Origin: an uncultured Rhodospirillaceae bacterium | Lineage (GTDB): Bacteria > Pseudomonadota > Alphaproteobacteria > Rhodospirillales > UBA2165 | DNA: 64,000 nucleotides | Assembly: GCA_964611435.1 (NCBI GenBank) | Contig: CAZSXT010000015.1 | Location: 2,116 to 66,115 of the forward strand | Reading direction: 5' to 3' | Part shown: one piece after another, positions 38,817 to 49,087 of the stretch | Layout of the letters: each line of letters starts with the position of its first letter | How positions within the stretch are numbered: position 1 is the stretch's first letter | Notes under the pieces: generated by a model | The model's database searches: none | Told to the model about the DNA's origin: nothing | The model's input: only the letters and a program-made list of their open reading frames with translations | Made by a program: the position numbers and the translations under genes

Positions 38817-40108
38817 GTGATCCATTGAAAATTGGTGTGGCGGGCCTCGGGACCGTCGGGGCCGGCACGGTCAAGCTGTTGCGCGATCAGGCCGAGCTTC
38901 TGCGCCAGCGATCCGGGCGGGACATTACAGTGACCGCCGTTTCAGCTCGTGACGCCGGGAAAGACCGGGGTTTCTCCAAAGACGGACTGACCTGGTACGA
39001 CGATGCCATCGCTATGGCGGACGACGATAATGTCGATGTGGTTGTTGAACTGATCGGCGGTTCCGAAGGTGTGGCCAAGGACCTGGTCGAAAAGGCGTTG
39101 GCCAACGGTAAGCATGTTGTGACCGCCAACAAGGCCCTGATCGCCCATCACGGTGCGGCGCTGGCCAAGGCAGCAGAAGGCGCAGGTGTCGCCCTGGCGT
39201 ACGAGGCGGCTGTTGCCGGCGGTATCCCCATCGTGAAAGCTCTGCGCGAAGGCTTGGCGGCGAACAGCATCAGCCGGGTCTATGGCATTCTCAACGGCAC
39301 CTGCAATTATATCCTCAGCAATATGCGGGAGACCGGCAAGCCGTTCGACATGGTTCTCTCCGAAGCGCAAGAGCTAGGATACGCGGAGGCCGATCCAGCT
39401 TTTGACGTGGACGGTGTGGATGCAGCGCACAAGCTCGCCATTCTCGCCAGCCTGGCGTTCGGCACGGAAGTTAATTTTGAGGCTATCCATTGCGAGGGCA
39501 TTCGACATGTTTCGCCGTTGGATTTTGAATTCGCGGAGGAGCTCGGTTACCGGATTAAGTTGCTCGGCATAGCGCGCAAGACGGGTCACGGCGTGGAGCA
39601 GCGGGTGCATCCTTGTATGGTGCCGCTCGAAGATCCGATCGCGCATATCGAGGACGTTTTTAATGCCGTCGTTGTCGATGGCCACGCGGTGGAGACCACC
39701 ATGTACGAAGGCCGGGGCGCCGGCGTAGGGCCGACGTCATCGGCCGTGGTCGCGGATATTGTCGATATAGCCAGGGGTTTGAACCTGCCAGTCTTCGGCG
39801 TGCCCGCCGATTCGTTGATTCGGGCTGAAATACCGCCTATGGCGCGGCATTCGGGGCAATACTATGTGCGGTTTACGGTGATCGACCGGCCGGGTGTATT
39901 TGCTGAAATTGCCAGTGCGCTCAAAGAGAACAATGTGTCCATGGAGGCTATAATCCAGCGTGGCCGGGCACCAGGGGAGGCCGTGGAAGTTGTTCTCACC
40001 ACCCATGAAACCGAAGAAAAGGCCATGCTCGCGACCATCGAGGCCATCGGCAAATCCGAGGCTATATTAGAGCCCACGAGGATGATAAGAATCGTGTCGT
40101 TTTCATAG
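38813..40108 (+). CDS. hom: Homoserine dehydrogenase with ACT domain
   Basis: GLGTVG, VVTANKA, YEAAVAGGIP, GILNGTCNYIL, GYAEADP, C-terminal DRPGV. TTG start overlaps the alaC stop. Confidence 0.96.
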   Translation: MSDPLKIGVAGLGTVGAGTVKLLRDQAELLRQRSGRDITVTAVSARDAGKDRGFSKDGLTWYDDAIAMADDDNVDVVVELIGGSEGVAKDLVEKALANGKHVVTANKALIAHHGAALAKAAEGAGVALAYEAAVAGGIPIVKALREGLAANSISRVYGILNGTCNYILSNMRETGKPFDMVLSEAQELGYAEADPAFDVDGVDAAHKLAILASLAFGTEVNFEAIHCEGIRHVSPLDFEFAEELGYRIKLLGIARKTGHGVEQRVHPCMVPLEDPIAHIEDVFNAVVVDGHAVETTMYEGRGAGVGPTSSAVVADIVDIARGLNLPVFGVPADSLIRAEIPPMARHSGQYYVRFTVIDRPGVFAEIASALKENNVSMEAIIQRGRAPGEAVEVVLTTHETEEKAMLATIEAIGKSEAILEPTRMIRIVSFS

Positions 40109-40153
40109 CACCAAATACGGTGGCTTAAATAACCAAAAATAGGGTGGAATGGC

Positions 40154-41146
40154 ATGAGTGAACTTCCGGCAAAAATGGATCGAAATTTGGCGTTGGAAGC
40201 CGTTCGGGTAACCGAGGCGGCGGCTCTCGCGGCGTCCCGGTGGATGGGGCGAGGCGATGAGAAAGCGGCCGATCAGGCCGCTGTCGACGCGATGCGCCGG
40301 GCGCTCAATAGTTTGAATATCGAAGGCACCGTTCGGATCGGAGAGGGCGAACGGGATGAAGCGCCGATGCTCTATATCGGCGAGGAAGTCGGCGTCGGCG
40401 ATGGACCGAAGATCGATATCGCCCTCGACCCCCTGGAAGGAACGACCATCACCGCCAAGGGCGGCACCAATGCGCTGGCCGTTGTTGCGATGGCGGAGGA
40501 AGGGGGCTTTTTGAACGCACCCGACACCTACATGGAGAAAATCGCTGTCGGCCATGGTTTGCCCGAAGGCGTGGTTGATCTGGATGAGAAGGTCGAGGTG
40601 AACCTTAAAAATTTGGCCAAGGCCAAGGGCATGGATATCAGCGATATTGTCGCCTGTGTGCTGGACCGGCCGCGTCATGACGAGATCATCGCCAAGTGCC
40701 GGGAAGTCGGTGCTCGGATCATGCTGATTGGCGACGGCGATGTCAGCGGCGTGATCGCCACTTCGCGGGAAGAGGCGGGAGTCGATATCTATATGGGTGT
40801 CGGCGGGGCGCCCGAAGGCGTTTTGGCCGCGGCGGCTCTCCGCTGTATCGGCGGGCAGATGCAGGGCCGCCTGGTGTTCCGGAATGCCCATGAAAAAGCC
40901 CGCGCAGAACGGCTGGGCGTCACTGATTTCGATCGAAAATACAATCTGCTTGATTTGGCCGGCGGTGAGGTGATGTTCGCCGCCACCGGTGTGACCAACG
41001 GCACCATGCTGAAAGGCGTGCGCCGGTTCCGCCAGGGCGCGATGACTCATTCCATGATCATGCGCTCCAAGTCCGGCACGGTCCGCTATATCGAGGCGGA
41101 GCACAATTTTGACCGTAAGACGGGTTTCGACCCCGCCGACGAGTAG
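40154..41146 (+). CDS. glpX: Class II fructose-1,6-bisphosphatase
   Basis: VRVTEAAA, IGEGERDEAPMLYIGE, DPLEGT, APDTYMEK, GGAPEGV, FAATGVT. Confidence 0.97.
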   Translation: MSELPAKMDRNLALEAVRVTEAAALAASRWMGRGDEKAADQAAVDAMRRALNSLNIEGTVRIGEGERDEAPMLYIGEEVGVGDGPKIDIALDPLEGTTITAKGGTNALAVVAMAEEGGFLNAPDTYMEKIAVGHGLPEGVVDLDEKVEVNLKNLAKAKGMDISDIVACVLDRPRHDEIIAKCREVGARIMLIGDGDVSGVIATSREEAGVDIYMGVGGAPEGVLAAAALRCIGGQMQGRLVFRNAHEKARAERLGVTDFDRKYNLLDLAGGEVMFAATGVTNGTMLKGVRRFRQGAMTHSMIMRSKSGTVRYIEAEHNFDRKTGFDPADE

Positions 41147-41148
41147 CC

Positions 41149-42933
41149 GTGGACGCCGTCGCATCAGAGACGGTCGTATTCGGGGTAGAGAAATCCTTCT
41201 CAGGCCGTCGCTGGCTGGAACGTGACTATGACCAGCGGCTGGCGATGGCCATTTCCCAACAGTATACCCTGCCGGAAATCATCGGGCGGCTGCTGTCCGC
41301 CCGGGACGTGGACCTGGAAGTTGTCGAGACGTTCCTGGACCCCCGTCTGAATACGCTGCTGCCCGATCCCGGACATTTATTGGACATGGATAAGGCCGTC
41401 GAGCGGCTGATCCGGGCGATCAAGGCCGGCGAGCAGGTCGCGGTGTTTGGCGACTATGACGTGGATGGAGCAACCTCGTCGGCGCTGGTCAAACGTTTCT
41501 TTCGGGCGTTGGGCGTTGATCTCCGCATCTATATTCCCGACCGCATGAAAGAAGGCTATGGCCCCAACATCCCGGCGCTGAGCCAATTGAAGGGCCAGGG
41601 CACAGACGTCGTGATCACCGTCGATTGCGGCACCGCGTCCTATGAGCCGTTGGAATATGCGCTGGAAAACGACCTGGATGTCATTGTCGTCGACCACCAT
41701 GTGGCCGAAGCGGGCCTGCCCAAGGCCACCGCAGTGGTGAACCCGAACCGGATGGACGAAGACAGCCCGCACGGTCAGTTGGCGGCAGTTGGCGTGACGT
41801 TTCTCCTTCTCGTCGCGCTCAACCGGGGCTTGAGGGAGGCTGGTTATTACAAAGAACAGAATTTGGCCGAACCTGATTTGATGGCTTTGCTTGATCTCGT
41901 TGCGCTCGGCACGGTGGCCGATATCGTGCCTCTGACAGGCGTCAACCGGGCGCTGGTGATTCAGGGATTGAAGGTCTTCGCCCGCCGCCGCAATGCGGGC
42001 ATGAAGGCGCTGGCGGACATTGCCGGGATAGATGAAACACCAAGCGCGTATCACATGGGATTTATTTTAGGTCCCAGGGTCAACGCCGGCGGCCGGGTAG
42101 GGGAGTCTCACCTGGGCGCGCAGTTGCTGTCCACCGAGGATGAGATGGAGGCCGCACAAATCGCCGAGGCGCTCAACAACTATAATCTGGAACGCCGGGA
42201 GATCGAAGAGCAGATCAGTAACGAGGCGGTCGAGCAGGCGGAGTCCCAGCGCGGTGAGTCCGTTGTGTTCGTCGCGGCAGAGAACTGGCACGCCGGCGTT
42301 ATCGGCATTGTCGCCAGCCGTTTGAAGGAACGCTTCAATGTGCCGGCCTGTGTGGTCGCCGTGACCGATGGCAAAGGCGTCGGCTCTGCCCGATCCGTAC
42401 CGGGGGTTAATCTCGGGGCTGCCGTCATCGCCGCTCGTCAACAGGGGATGCTGCTGGCCGGCGGCGGTCACGCCATGGCGGCCGGCTTTACCTGCGAGGC
42501 GGATAAGTTGGAGGCGTTCCGGGATTTCCTGGCCGAGCGCATCAGCAAGCAGATCGAAGACAATGGCGTCGCGCCAAGCTGGAAGATCGACGGTGCGCTC
42601 AAAGTCGAAGCGGCGAGTTTGGACCTAATCCATCAGGTGGCCCGGCTTGGCCCCTTCGGCAGTGGCAATGCCGAGCCCCGGTTCGTGTTTAATGGACTGC
42701 GTGTCGCCAAGGTGGATGTGGTCGGCGCCGATCACGTGCGCTGCCACTTCGTCGATGCCAACGGTAAGCGGTTGCAGGGGATCGCCTTTCGAACGGCGGA
42801 GACGGAGTTAGGCCAGGCATTGCTGAACCATGGCGGTCTGCCGGTGCACGTGCTCGGCCGGCTCCGGGAGAATGTTTGGCAGGGCCGGTCGTCGGTGCAG
42901 TTGATGATCGACGACGCCGCGCCCGCGCAATAA
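41149..42933 (+). CDS. recJ: Single-stranded DNA exonuclease RecJ
   Basis: GDYDVDG, PDR..EGYG, TVDCG, DHH, LGTVAD, PRVNAGGR, GSARS, GGHAMAAG. Confidence 0.97.
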   Translation: MDAVASETVVFGVEKSFSGRRWLERDYDQRLAMAISQQYTLPEIIGRLLSARDVDLEVVETFLDPRLNTLLPDPGHLLDMDKAVERLIRAIKAGEQVAVFGDYDVDGATSSALVKRFFRALGVDLRIYIPDRMKEGYGPNIPALSQLKGQGTDVVITVDCGTASYEPLEYALENDLDVIVVDHHVAEAGLPKATAVVNPNRMDEDSPHGQLAAVGVTFLLLVALNRGLREAGYYKEQNLAEPDLMALLDLVALGTVADIVPLTGVNRALVIQGLKVFARRRNAGMKALADIAGIDETPSAYHMGFILGPRVNAGGRVGESHLGAQLLSTEDEMEAAQIAEALNNYNLERREIEEQISNEAVEQAESQRGESVVFVAAENWHAGVIGIVASRLKERFNVPACVVAVTDGKGVGSARSVPGVNLGAAVIAARQQGMLLAGGGHAMAAGFTCEADKLEAFRDFLAERISKQIEDNGVAPSWKIDGALKVEAASLDLIHQVARLGPFGSGNAEPRFVFNGLRVAKVDVVGADHVRCHFVDANGKRLQGIAFRTAETELGQALLNHGGLPVHVLGRLRENVWQGRSSVQLMIDDAAPAQ

Positions 42934-42946
42934 GGACCTCACCTCC

Positions 42947-44158
42947 ATGAACTCGTCCGTCCGTCTGGTCGCCACCGTTTGCCTGGCGGAGTTGCTGACC
43001 ATGGTGGGGGTCTTCACCTTCCCCGCCCTGATGCCGGACTTCATCGCCGAATGGGGGTTGAACAATACCGAGGCCGGTTGGATCGCCGGGGTGATGCTGG
43101 CCGGGTATGCTTGCGGCGTGCCTGTACTGGTCAGCCTGACTGATCGGGTGGATGCGCGACTCGTCCATATAGGCGGCTCGATAGTAACGGCGCTGTCGCT
43201 TGTGGGCTTCGTGCTGATTGCCGAAGGTTTTCTCTCGGCTTTAATCCTGCGATTTTTCGCCGGGGTGGGCCTGGCGGCGACCTACATGCCCGGACTCCGT
43301 ATGTTGATGGACCGTTACGAGGGCCACAAACAGGCCCGCTCGGTCGCCTTTTATACGGCAAGCTTTTCCCTCGGTACGGCGATTTCGTTCTTCGTCTCCG
43401 GAGAATTGGGCAGCGCGTTCGGTTGGCAGACCGCCATTTGGGTGGCGGCCGTTTCCGCCGCGTTGGCGGTCCTCCTGGTTTTCGTAAGCCTGCAACCGGT
43501 GGCGCCGGCAAAGCCCGATGAACCAACCCGGCTTTTGGACTTCCGGCCGATCTTCCGAAACCGGGCGGCCATGGGCTATATCTGGGCTTATGGCGCGCAC
43601 AATTGGGAATTGTTCGCCTATCGATCCTGGATGGTGGCCTTCCTGGCCTTCAGTCTGACCCTGCAGCCTGACGCAATCACCTGGGGGGCGCCGACCCTCA
43701 TCGCCACCTTTAGCGCGATCGTCGCCGTTCTTACCAGCATCGGCGGGAACGAGTTGGCCGACCGGTTCGGCCGGCGGCGGATGATTTGTCTCTATCTGAT
43801 TGCCGCCGGAACCCTGGGCCTGTTTGCCGGCTTTTTGCCGGCGTTGCCCTACGGGATCGTGGCCGGACTCATGCTGCTCTATGCCGCATTGATCCAGTTG
43901 GACTCGGCCGCGCTGACCGCCGGCGCCGTAAGTGTGGCGGAGGAGGGGCGCCGTGGCGCGACCCTGGGCCTGCACGCATTGATCGGATTCGCCGGCGCGG
44001 CCATCGGGCCGCTGGTGTTTGGCATGCTCCTCGATATTGGCGGCGGCCGGGAAGACATTTTCGCCTGGGGACTGGGATTCGCGTCCATGGGGGGTGTCGC
44101 GCTCCTGGGCCCCGTCGCCTTGTGGCTGTTAAGACCGAAAACCGGGGACGTGAATTGA
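42947..44158 (+). CDS. MFS transporter
   Basis: About 12 TM segments, SLTDRVDAR, TYMPGL, HNWELF, ELADRFGRR. Confidence 0.9.
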   Translation: MNSSVRLVATVCLAELLTMVGVFTFPALMPDFIAEWGLNNTEAGWIAGVMLAGYACGVPVLVSLTDRVDARLVHIGGSIVTALSLVGFVLIAEGFLSALILRFFAGVGLAATYMPGLRMLMDRYEGHKQARSVAFYTASFSLGTAISFFVSGELGSAFGWQTAIWVAAVSAALAVLLVFVSLQPVAPAKPDEPTRLLDFRPIFRNRAAMGYIWAYGAHNWELFAYRSWMVAFLAFSLTLQPDAITWGAPTLIATFSAIVAVLTSIGGNELADRFGRRRMICLYLIAAGTLGLFAGFLPALPYGIVAGLMLLYAALIQLDSAALTAGAVSVAEEGRRGATLGLHALIGFAGAAIGPLVFGMLLDIGGGREDIFAWGLGFASMGGVALLGPVALWLLRPKTGDVN

Positions 44159-44203
44159 GACTTGATTTCGCCCGGCGCTGTTTATATATGGAGCCCCTCG
44201 CGT

Positions 44204-44281
44204 GACCCCTTCGTCTAGTCAGGCCTAGGACTCCAGATTTTCATTCTGGCAACACGGGTTCGAATCCCGTAGGGGTCACCA
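44204..44281 (+). tRNA. tRNA-Glu (anticodon TTC)
   Basis: Acceptor stem GACCCCT/AGGGGTC plus ACCA; anticodon arm CCAGA-TTTTCAT-TCTGG; T arm ACGGG-TTCGAAT-CCCGT. Confidence 0.95.
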
Positions 44282-44295
44282 CTTTTTCCCAGTTT

Positions 44296-44533
44296 CACCC
44301 CATCCGGCCCGCCGGGCCACCTTCCCCCGCGAGCGGGGAAGGGGTTCTGATATGGATATCGCGGCACACCGCCCCACCTCCCCCTATGACGGGTGAGGTC
44401 GAGAAACGCCATGCGTTTCGAGGGTGGGGGTGGAATTTATGAACACAGAGGACAAAGAGCTCATCGAGAAGTTTACTGCACTCCGCCCCACAGTGCGTCA
44501 TCCCCGAGTTGCGAAGCAATTCTCGGGGAACCA
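44296..44533. repeat. Mosaic of REP-like palindromic intergenic repeats after the tRNA
   Basis: CCCCATCCGGCCC..GGGCCACCTTCCCCCGCGAGCGGGGAAGGGG hairpin; CTCCCCCT..GGGTGAGGTCGAGAAACGC..GCGTTTCG..GGGTGGGGG; CGTCATCCCCGAGTTGCGAAGCAATTCTCGGGGAACCA (44496-44533, repeated at 52888-52926). Confidence 0.7.
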
Positions 44534-44534
44534 C

Positions 44535-45422
44535 TCACCCCCTCAAAAACAGCACGTTCGCGAAGCCGTCGGAGAGTCGGCCGGTAGCAGACGCGTAGTC
44601 GTCCCAGGTGATCTCGAGGATGCCGCCGGCCTCGATCATGCCGACCGGTGTGTAGCCGCAAGATTGGAGGAGGTCGGCGATTTTGGCGCGGGCCTCCGCC
44701 GCCTCGTTGCCGGCTTCCAGGACCAGGGCCGGGCCGAAGCGTTCAAGCGTCGCCCGTGCGCCCTCCAGAACCTCGAACTCATGGCCCTCCACATCGATCT
44801 TTAGGAAATCCAGCCGGTCGAGGTTTTGTTCCTCGGCGACGGCGTCCAGGGGGGTGGCCGGGATAGTGAGGCTCTCCGATTGATCGGCGCCGGCGTCAAC
44901 GCCGATCCCCGACTTGCCGGAATGATCTTGATTGTGAGTGAAGGAAACCTCACCTGCGCCGTTGCTGGCGGCTTTGCGGATGACGGTGGCGTTCTTGAGC
45001 CCGTTGACCGCGAGGGTCTTGTCCATGGAGTCTGAGAGGCGCGCCACCGGCTCGAACGCGATGACCCTGCCCGCCGGTCCGACAGCGCGGGCCATTTGCA
45101 GGGTCCATTCGCCGTAGTTCGCCCCCACATCAATGGCGACGCCGCCGGCCGGGCAGTGATTGCGGATCACTGTGCCGCCTTCCAGCCCGTTCAGCAGATA
45201 ATGCGCCCCCATGGTGTCGAGAGGCGCGGGGAGATAGAGCTGATCTCGGCTGCTCACCGTCACATAGCCGCCGGGCCAATCGGCCATCACCTGCCGCTCG
45301 ATCGATTTCCGGTACTTGCCCCAGTGAAACAGCAGGGGGATGCGGTCGCGGAAGCGCTGCCGTCTTGCCCGCAGGCGCGCCACATTCCGCATCAGCCGTT
45401 TGTCACTGTCACTTGAATTCAT
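44535..45422 (-). CDS. FkbM family methyltransferase
   Basis: IDVGANYG, AFEP, FLKIDVEGHEFEVLEG. Confidence 0.92.
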   Translation of the reverse strand: MNSSDSDKRLMRNVARLRARRQRFRDRIPLLFHWGKYRKSIERQVMADWPGGYVTVSSRDQLYLPAPLDTMGAHYLLNGLEGGTVIRNHCPAGGVAIDVGANYGEWTLQMARAVGPAGRVIAFEPVARLSDSMDKTLAVNGLKNATVIRKAASNGAGEVSFTHNQDHSGKSGIGVDAGADQSESLTIPATPLDAVAEEQNLDRLDFLKIDVEGHEFEVLEGARATLERFGPALVLEAGNEAAEARAKIADLLQSCGYTPVGMIEAGGILEITWDDYASATGRLSDGFANVLFLRG

Positions 45423-45431
45423 TGCCGGTCT

Positions 45432-46184
45432 TTACCCGCTGGCCAGTTTCCAAAACAGATACATGCCACCGAACAGGATCGGCTGGTGGATGAGATAAAT
45501 CAACAGGCTATGCCGCCCGGCCAGATGAAGGAGCTTTGCCGCTGCACTAACCGGCTGGTAGTTAAATACCGCCGGCGCACCGTTTTCGAACGTGAGCCGT
45601 CCCGCCAAAAGTCCCAGCACCGGCGCCCCGAACCAAGGCAGCAGCGGCACATAATCGACGCTGGCTGGAAATTCGACCGCCAATCCCAGCCATAGCCAAT
45701 GATCGGCGGACAACGCTTGTGATGTCAGGAACAGGGGTGCAGCGAGGCAGGCAATGCCCAAGATCAAGAGCCCGATGTTCGGGAGCCGTGCGACGGCGAG
45801 CATCAGCACACTCGCGACCGTAATGTGATGCAGGATGCCGAAAAAGATATACGTGTTCGGATCGACAAAATACGTGCCGGCGGAAACGACCCCGGCCGCC
45901 GCTGCGATCATGACCAATCGCCGCCAAAACGCGCGGGTCGTCAGACCCCGCCGCCGGGCTAGGGCCTGGGCGAATCCCATCACGAACAGGATCATCCCGG
46001 CGATGAAGCGGGCGTACCATTGCCAGGCCGGGTCGCCGAACAGGTCGAATTCGGCGTAGCGGAAATAGGTCAGGTCCCAGGAAAAGTGGTAGCTGATCAT
46101 CAACAGGATGGCGACGCCCCGGACCATATCAACAATAGGGTAACGAGGGCGGCTTGGCGCGGGTATGGCTGATCTATCGTTCAT
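45432..46184 (-). CDS. DUF1624 / HGSNAT-like membrane acyltransferase
   Basis: D.VRGVAILLMISYHFSWDL, FFGILH, SVDYVPLLPWFG, GRHSLLIYLIHQP. Confidence 0.85.
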   Translation of the reverse strand: MNDRSAIPAPSRPRYPIVDMVRGVAILLMISYHFSWDLTYFRYAEFDLFGDPAWQWYARFIAGMILFVMGFAQALARRRGLTTRAFWRRLVMIAAAAGVVSAGTYFVDPNTYIFFGILHHITVASVLMLAVARLPNIGLLILGIACLAAPLFLTSQALSADHWLWLGLAVEFPASVDYVPLLPWFGAPVLGLLAGRLTFENGAPAVFNYQPVSAAAKLLHLAGRHSLLIYLIHQPILFGGMYLFWKLASG

Positions 46185-46273
46185 TCTGGCATCGCTTGTA
46201 CCCGTTGGCGGAGGTTCAAGCCACCCGTAAAACATTGGTTGTACAGGTTAAATTCGCCACTAAGCTGGCGGCC

Positions 46274-47227
46274 ATGGTTTTTCTGAACGCCACACTTCCC
46301 ATGTTCGCGCTGCTGTTCGCCGGCTTTTTCGCGGTCCGGCGGGGCTATCTGACCGAAGGCGGCATCAAGGGCCTCGCCCTGTTCGCCTTTTATTTCGCCA
46401 TGCCGGTGTTTTTGTTCCGGACGATGGCGAACCTGTCGCTGGCGGACGGCCTGGACGCCCGGTTTTTCATCCATTACCTGGCGGCAGGGATATGCACCTA
46501 TCTGATCGGCATGGGGATCGGCCGCTTTGTTTTCGGCGCACAACTGGCCGGGCAGGCGATCTTTGGTATGTCGGCGTGCTTCGGCAATCTGGCGATCATC
46601 GCGCTGCCCATTGTTATTGATGTCTTCGGCGAAAAGGCGACGCTGCCCATCACTATGCTGGTGTTGCTGGAAGCTGCGGTCTACATGCCAGTGACCATCA
46701 TCATTCTGGAAGTTCTCAGAAGCCGGGAAGGGGCAGTGGCGGGCGCCGGGCTGCCCCGCGCCGTCGGCAAGGGCGTTATGGCGGTAATCACCAATGCGGT
46801 GATCATGTCCATGCTGATCGGCATCCTGTTTTCCTACTATTCCATTCCGATCCCGACGTTGGTTGACGAATTTGCAAGCCTGGTCGGGAGCGCCGGTATT
46901 CCGTGTTCCTTGTTTGCCCTGGGGGCGAGTCTGGCTCGGATCAAGCGCACCGATAAGTTCTCCGAGAGTGCGGTGATGACCGGCGTGAAACTGATCCTGT
47001 ATCCGCTCTTGGTGTTCGGTGCGCTGTCCTTGCTGCCGGCGCCGGACCCGATTTGGGTGGCGACCGCCGTCCTGGCGGCCTGTATGCCCATGGGCGCGAA
47101 CTTGTACTTGGTGGCGGAAACCTTCAACGCCCATGTGGGCCGGGCGTCCATGGCCGTTCTGACCTCCACCATCGTTTCCGCGCTGACGGTGTCCATCGCG
47201 GCCGCCATTTTGGCCGGAAATCTCTAA
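46274..47227 (+). CDS. AEC family transporter
   Basis: FAFYFAMPVFLF, FGN...LP, SLFALGASL, KLILYPL, MPMGAN. Confidence 0.9.
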   Translation: MVFLNATLPMFALLFAGFFAVRRGYLTEGGIKGLALFAFYFAMPVFLFRTMANLSLADGLDARFFIHYLAAGICTYLIGMGIGRFVFGAQLAGQAIFGMSACFGNLAIIALPIVIDVFGEKATLPITMLVLLEAAVYMPVTIIILEVLRSREGAVAGAGLPRAVGKGVMAVITNAVIMSMLIGILFSYYSIPIPTLVDEFASLVGSAGIPCSLFALGASLARIKRTDKFSESAVMTGVKLILYPLLVFGALSLLPAPDPIWVATAVLAACMPMGANLYLVAETFNAHVGRASMAVLTSTIVSALTVSIAAAILAGNL

Positions 47228-47294
47228 AAATAACCGGTTAGGCTCTGTCGCTCTCCGATTTATCGGTTATGATACGGCCCGAGGGAGGAAATAA

Positions 47295-47990
47295 ATGGGT
47301 GTTCTTGAAACCCTGACACTGGCGCTGGGCGCGTCTTGGGGCGCCGGGCTCAATCTATATGCAACCGCCGCGATTATGGGCGTGTTGGACCTGATGGGGT
47401 TGGTTGACCTTCCAGAGCCTCTCCAAATTCTGGGGAATCCGTTGGTCATTGGCGTCGCCGCCATCCTCTACTTCATCGAGTTCTTCGCCGATAAAATCCC
47501 GGGTCTGGACTCCGTTTGGGACGCCATCCACACCTTTGTTCGTATCCCCGCAGGCGCATTGATGGCCATGGGCGCGATTGAGGGCCTGGACATCGGTTTC
47601 GCGCCGGAGCTTCAGACGGTTGCGGCGCTGGTCGGCGGCGGCGCTATTGCCGCCGGTACGCACGCCACCAAGGCCGGCACGAGGGCGGTTATTAATACGT
47701 CGCCGGAACCGGTCACCAACTGGACGGCATCGTTCCTGGAAGACGTGCTTGTGGTGGTCGGTATGTTTTTCGCGATCTTCAAGCCAATCGTGTTCCTGGT
47801 GATCTTTGCGGTCTTTGCCTTGTTGGCCATCTGGATTGTGCCGAAGATTTGGCGCGGCATTCGAAAGGTGTTTTCCAGCGCCCGTCATCCGGTGAATACA
47901 ATCAAATCCGACCCTCAGGAGCGAATGTCGCTCTCACTGGCTCAGGTCGAATCCACGGAACCGGTCAAGCTGGAAGACAAGTCCGGCTAG
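47295..47990 (+). CDS. DUF4126 family membrane protein
   Basis: GLNLYA, EFFADKIPGLDSVWDAIHTFVRIPAGA, NTSPEP..NW.AS..ED. Confidence 0.88.
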   Translation: MGVLETLTLALGASWGAGLNLYATAAIMGVLDLMGLVDLPEPLQILGNPLVIGVAAILYFIEFFADKIPGLDSVWDAIHTFVRIPAGALMAMGAIEGLDIGFAPELQTVAALVGGGAIAAGTHATKAGTRAVINTSPEPVTNWTASFLEDVLVVVGMFFAIFKPIVFLVIFAVFALLAIWIVPKIWRGIRKVFSSARHPVNTIKSDPQERMSLSLAQVESTEPVKLEDKSG

Positions 47991-48053
47991 TTTACCAATT
48001 TTAAACCTCACGCGGTCTATGGTCTCCCTGTACCCATAGAAGGAGACCGCAGA

Positions 48054-48266
48054 ATGCGTTATTCGGTCCATTTTGAAACGTCAGATCGCAATTGGGTTGT
48101 CACCGACCAGGCCAACGCCAATCAGGTCATGGGCGTGCACGTCAGCAAATCCGATGCCTACCGCCACGCCTTTGCCGAGCAAGAGCGCTGGCGCAAGTTT
48201 GATCCTGTCGCCAAGCATCTGGCGCGGATCCGGAAGATGATGCCGCAGTCTCTTGTGGTCGGCTAA
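48054..48266 (+). CDS. Small hypothetical protein
   Basis: AGGAG RBS 8 nt before the ATG, coding-like composition, fills the gap between two genes. Confidence 0.65.
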   Translation: MRYSVHFETSDRNWVVTDQANANQVMGVHVSKSDAYRHAFAEQERWRKFDPVAKHLARIRKMMPQSLVVG

Positions 48267-48285
48267 ATTTTAGCCGCCGGTTGGA

Positions 48286-48909
48286 CTAACGCATCGGCGA
48301 AAATGGCGCCGGCAGCATGATTTTGCTGTCCTGAGCGCCCATATGATGAGGCCCGCCTTCAACCGGCGCCGGCCAGACGCCCGCCTCTCCGGCTTCTTTT
48401 CGTGCTTTGGCGCGATCATCCAGGCTTTTGTACGGCCAAATATGAATCATCTTGCTGGCCACCCCGATATCGCACTCCAACAGCCCAACGCAGGGTGAAT
48501 ATTCGAGCCGTCCCGGCAAATCCTTTTCCCAGGCCGCTTTAACCGCCGGCATCTTGCCGGGTTCCACCATATAGCTCCGCATTTCGTAGTAGGGGCCGTG
48601 CTCGCCCGGCGTCATTTCCGGCGAGAACGGCCACGCGAAGCAGATTTCAACATTCTGTTTGAGAACAAATTCACCGATCTTCGGCGGCCAGGCGCCGCTG
48701 GCGACGGATTCATGGCGAATCTCTGCGCGTTGATTAAGGTCATCGTAGCGCCAGATATGGACGATCTGGTTGAGTGGGCCGATCTCGGTGTACCAAAAGC
48801 CGACCAGCGGGGAGAGCTTGGTGCGGCCTTCAATTTTTTCTTCAAATCGTTTGATGACCTCGCCGGTGGAGCGGGCGGTGAGGTCGTATGTCCGAATTTC
48901 ATAAATCAT
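48286..48909 (-). CDS. NIPSNAP family protein (two domains)
   Basis: IYEIRTY...EIGPLNQIVHIW, repeated as YEMRSY...IHIWPY, ending PAPFSPMR. Confidence 0.92.
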   Translation of the reverse strand: MIYEIRTYDLTARSTGEVIKRFEEKIEGRTKLSPLVGFWYTEIGPLNQIVHIWRYDDLNQRAEIRHESVASGAWPPKIGEFVLKQNVEICFAWPFSPEMTPGEHGPYYEMRSYMVEPGKMPAVKAAWEKDLPGRLEYSPCVGLLECDIGVASKMIHIWPYKSLDDRAKARKEAGEAGVWPAPVEGGPHHMGAQDSKIMLPAPFSPMR

Positions 48910-49087
48910 GATTGTTCCCTGTTTAATTCGCTACGTGAGTCGTACTGGACCCGTTTGGCATTGAAAAGCCAAATAGACGCAAATAGAGGTGTGACAGCGA
49001 ATTGTCTTCGCGCCAATTTCCCCATATAAGGTTGGACATTAGAAATTTCGCCGGGTCAAAAAATCCTAAACCATCCCGGCACCGAAC

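Noticed and set aside
44204-47990. Genomic island integrated at tRNA-Glu
   Set aside because: No integrase, no duplicated tRNA 3' end found by eye, and the downstream genes have host-like composition.
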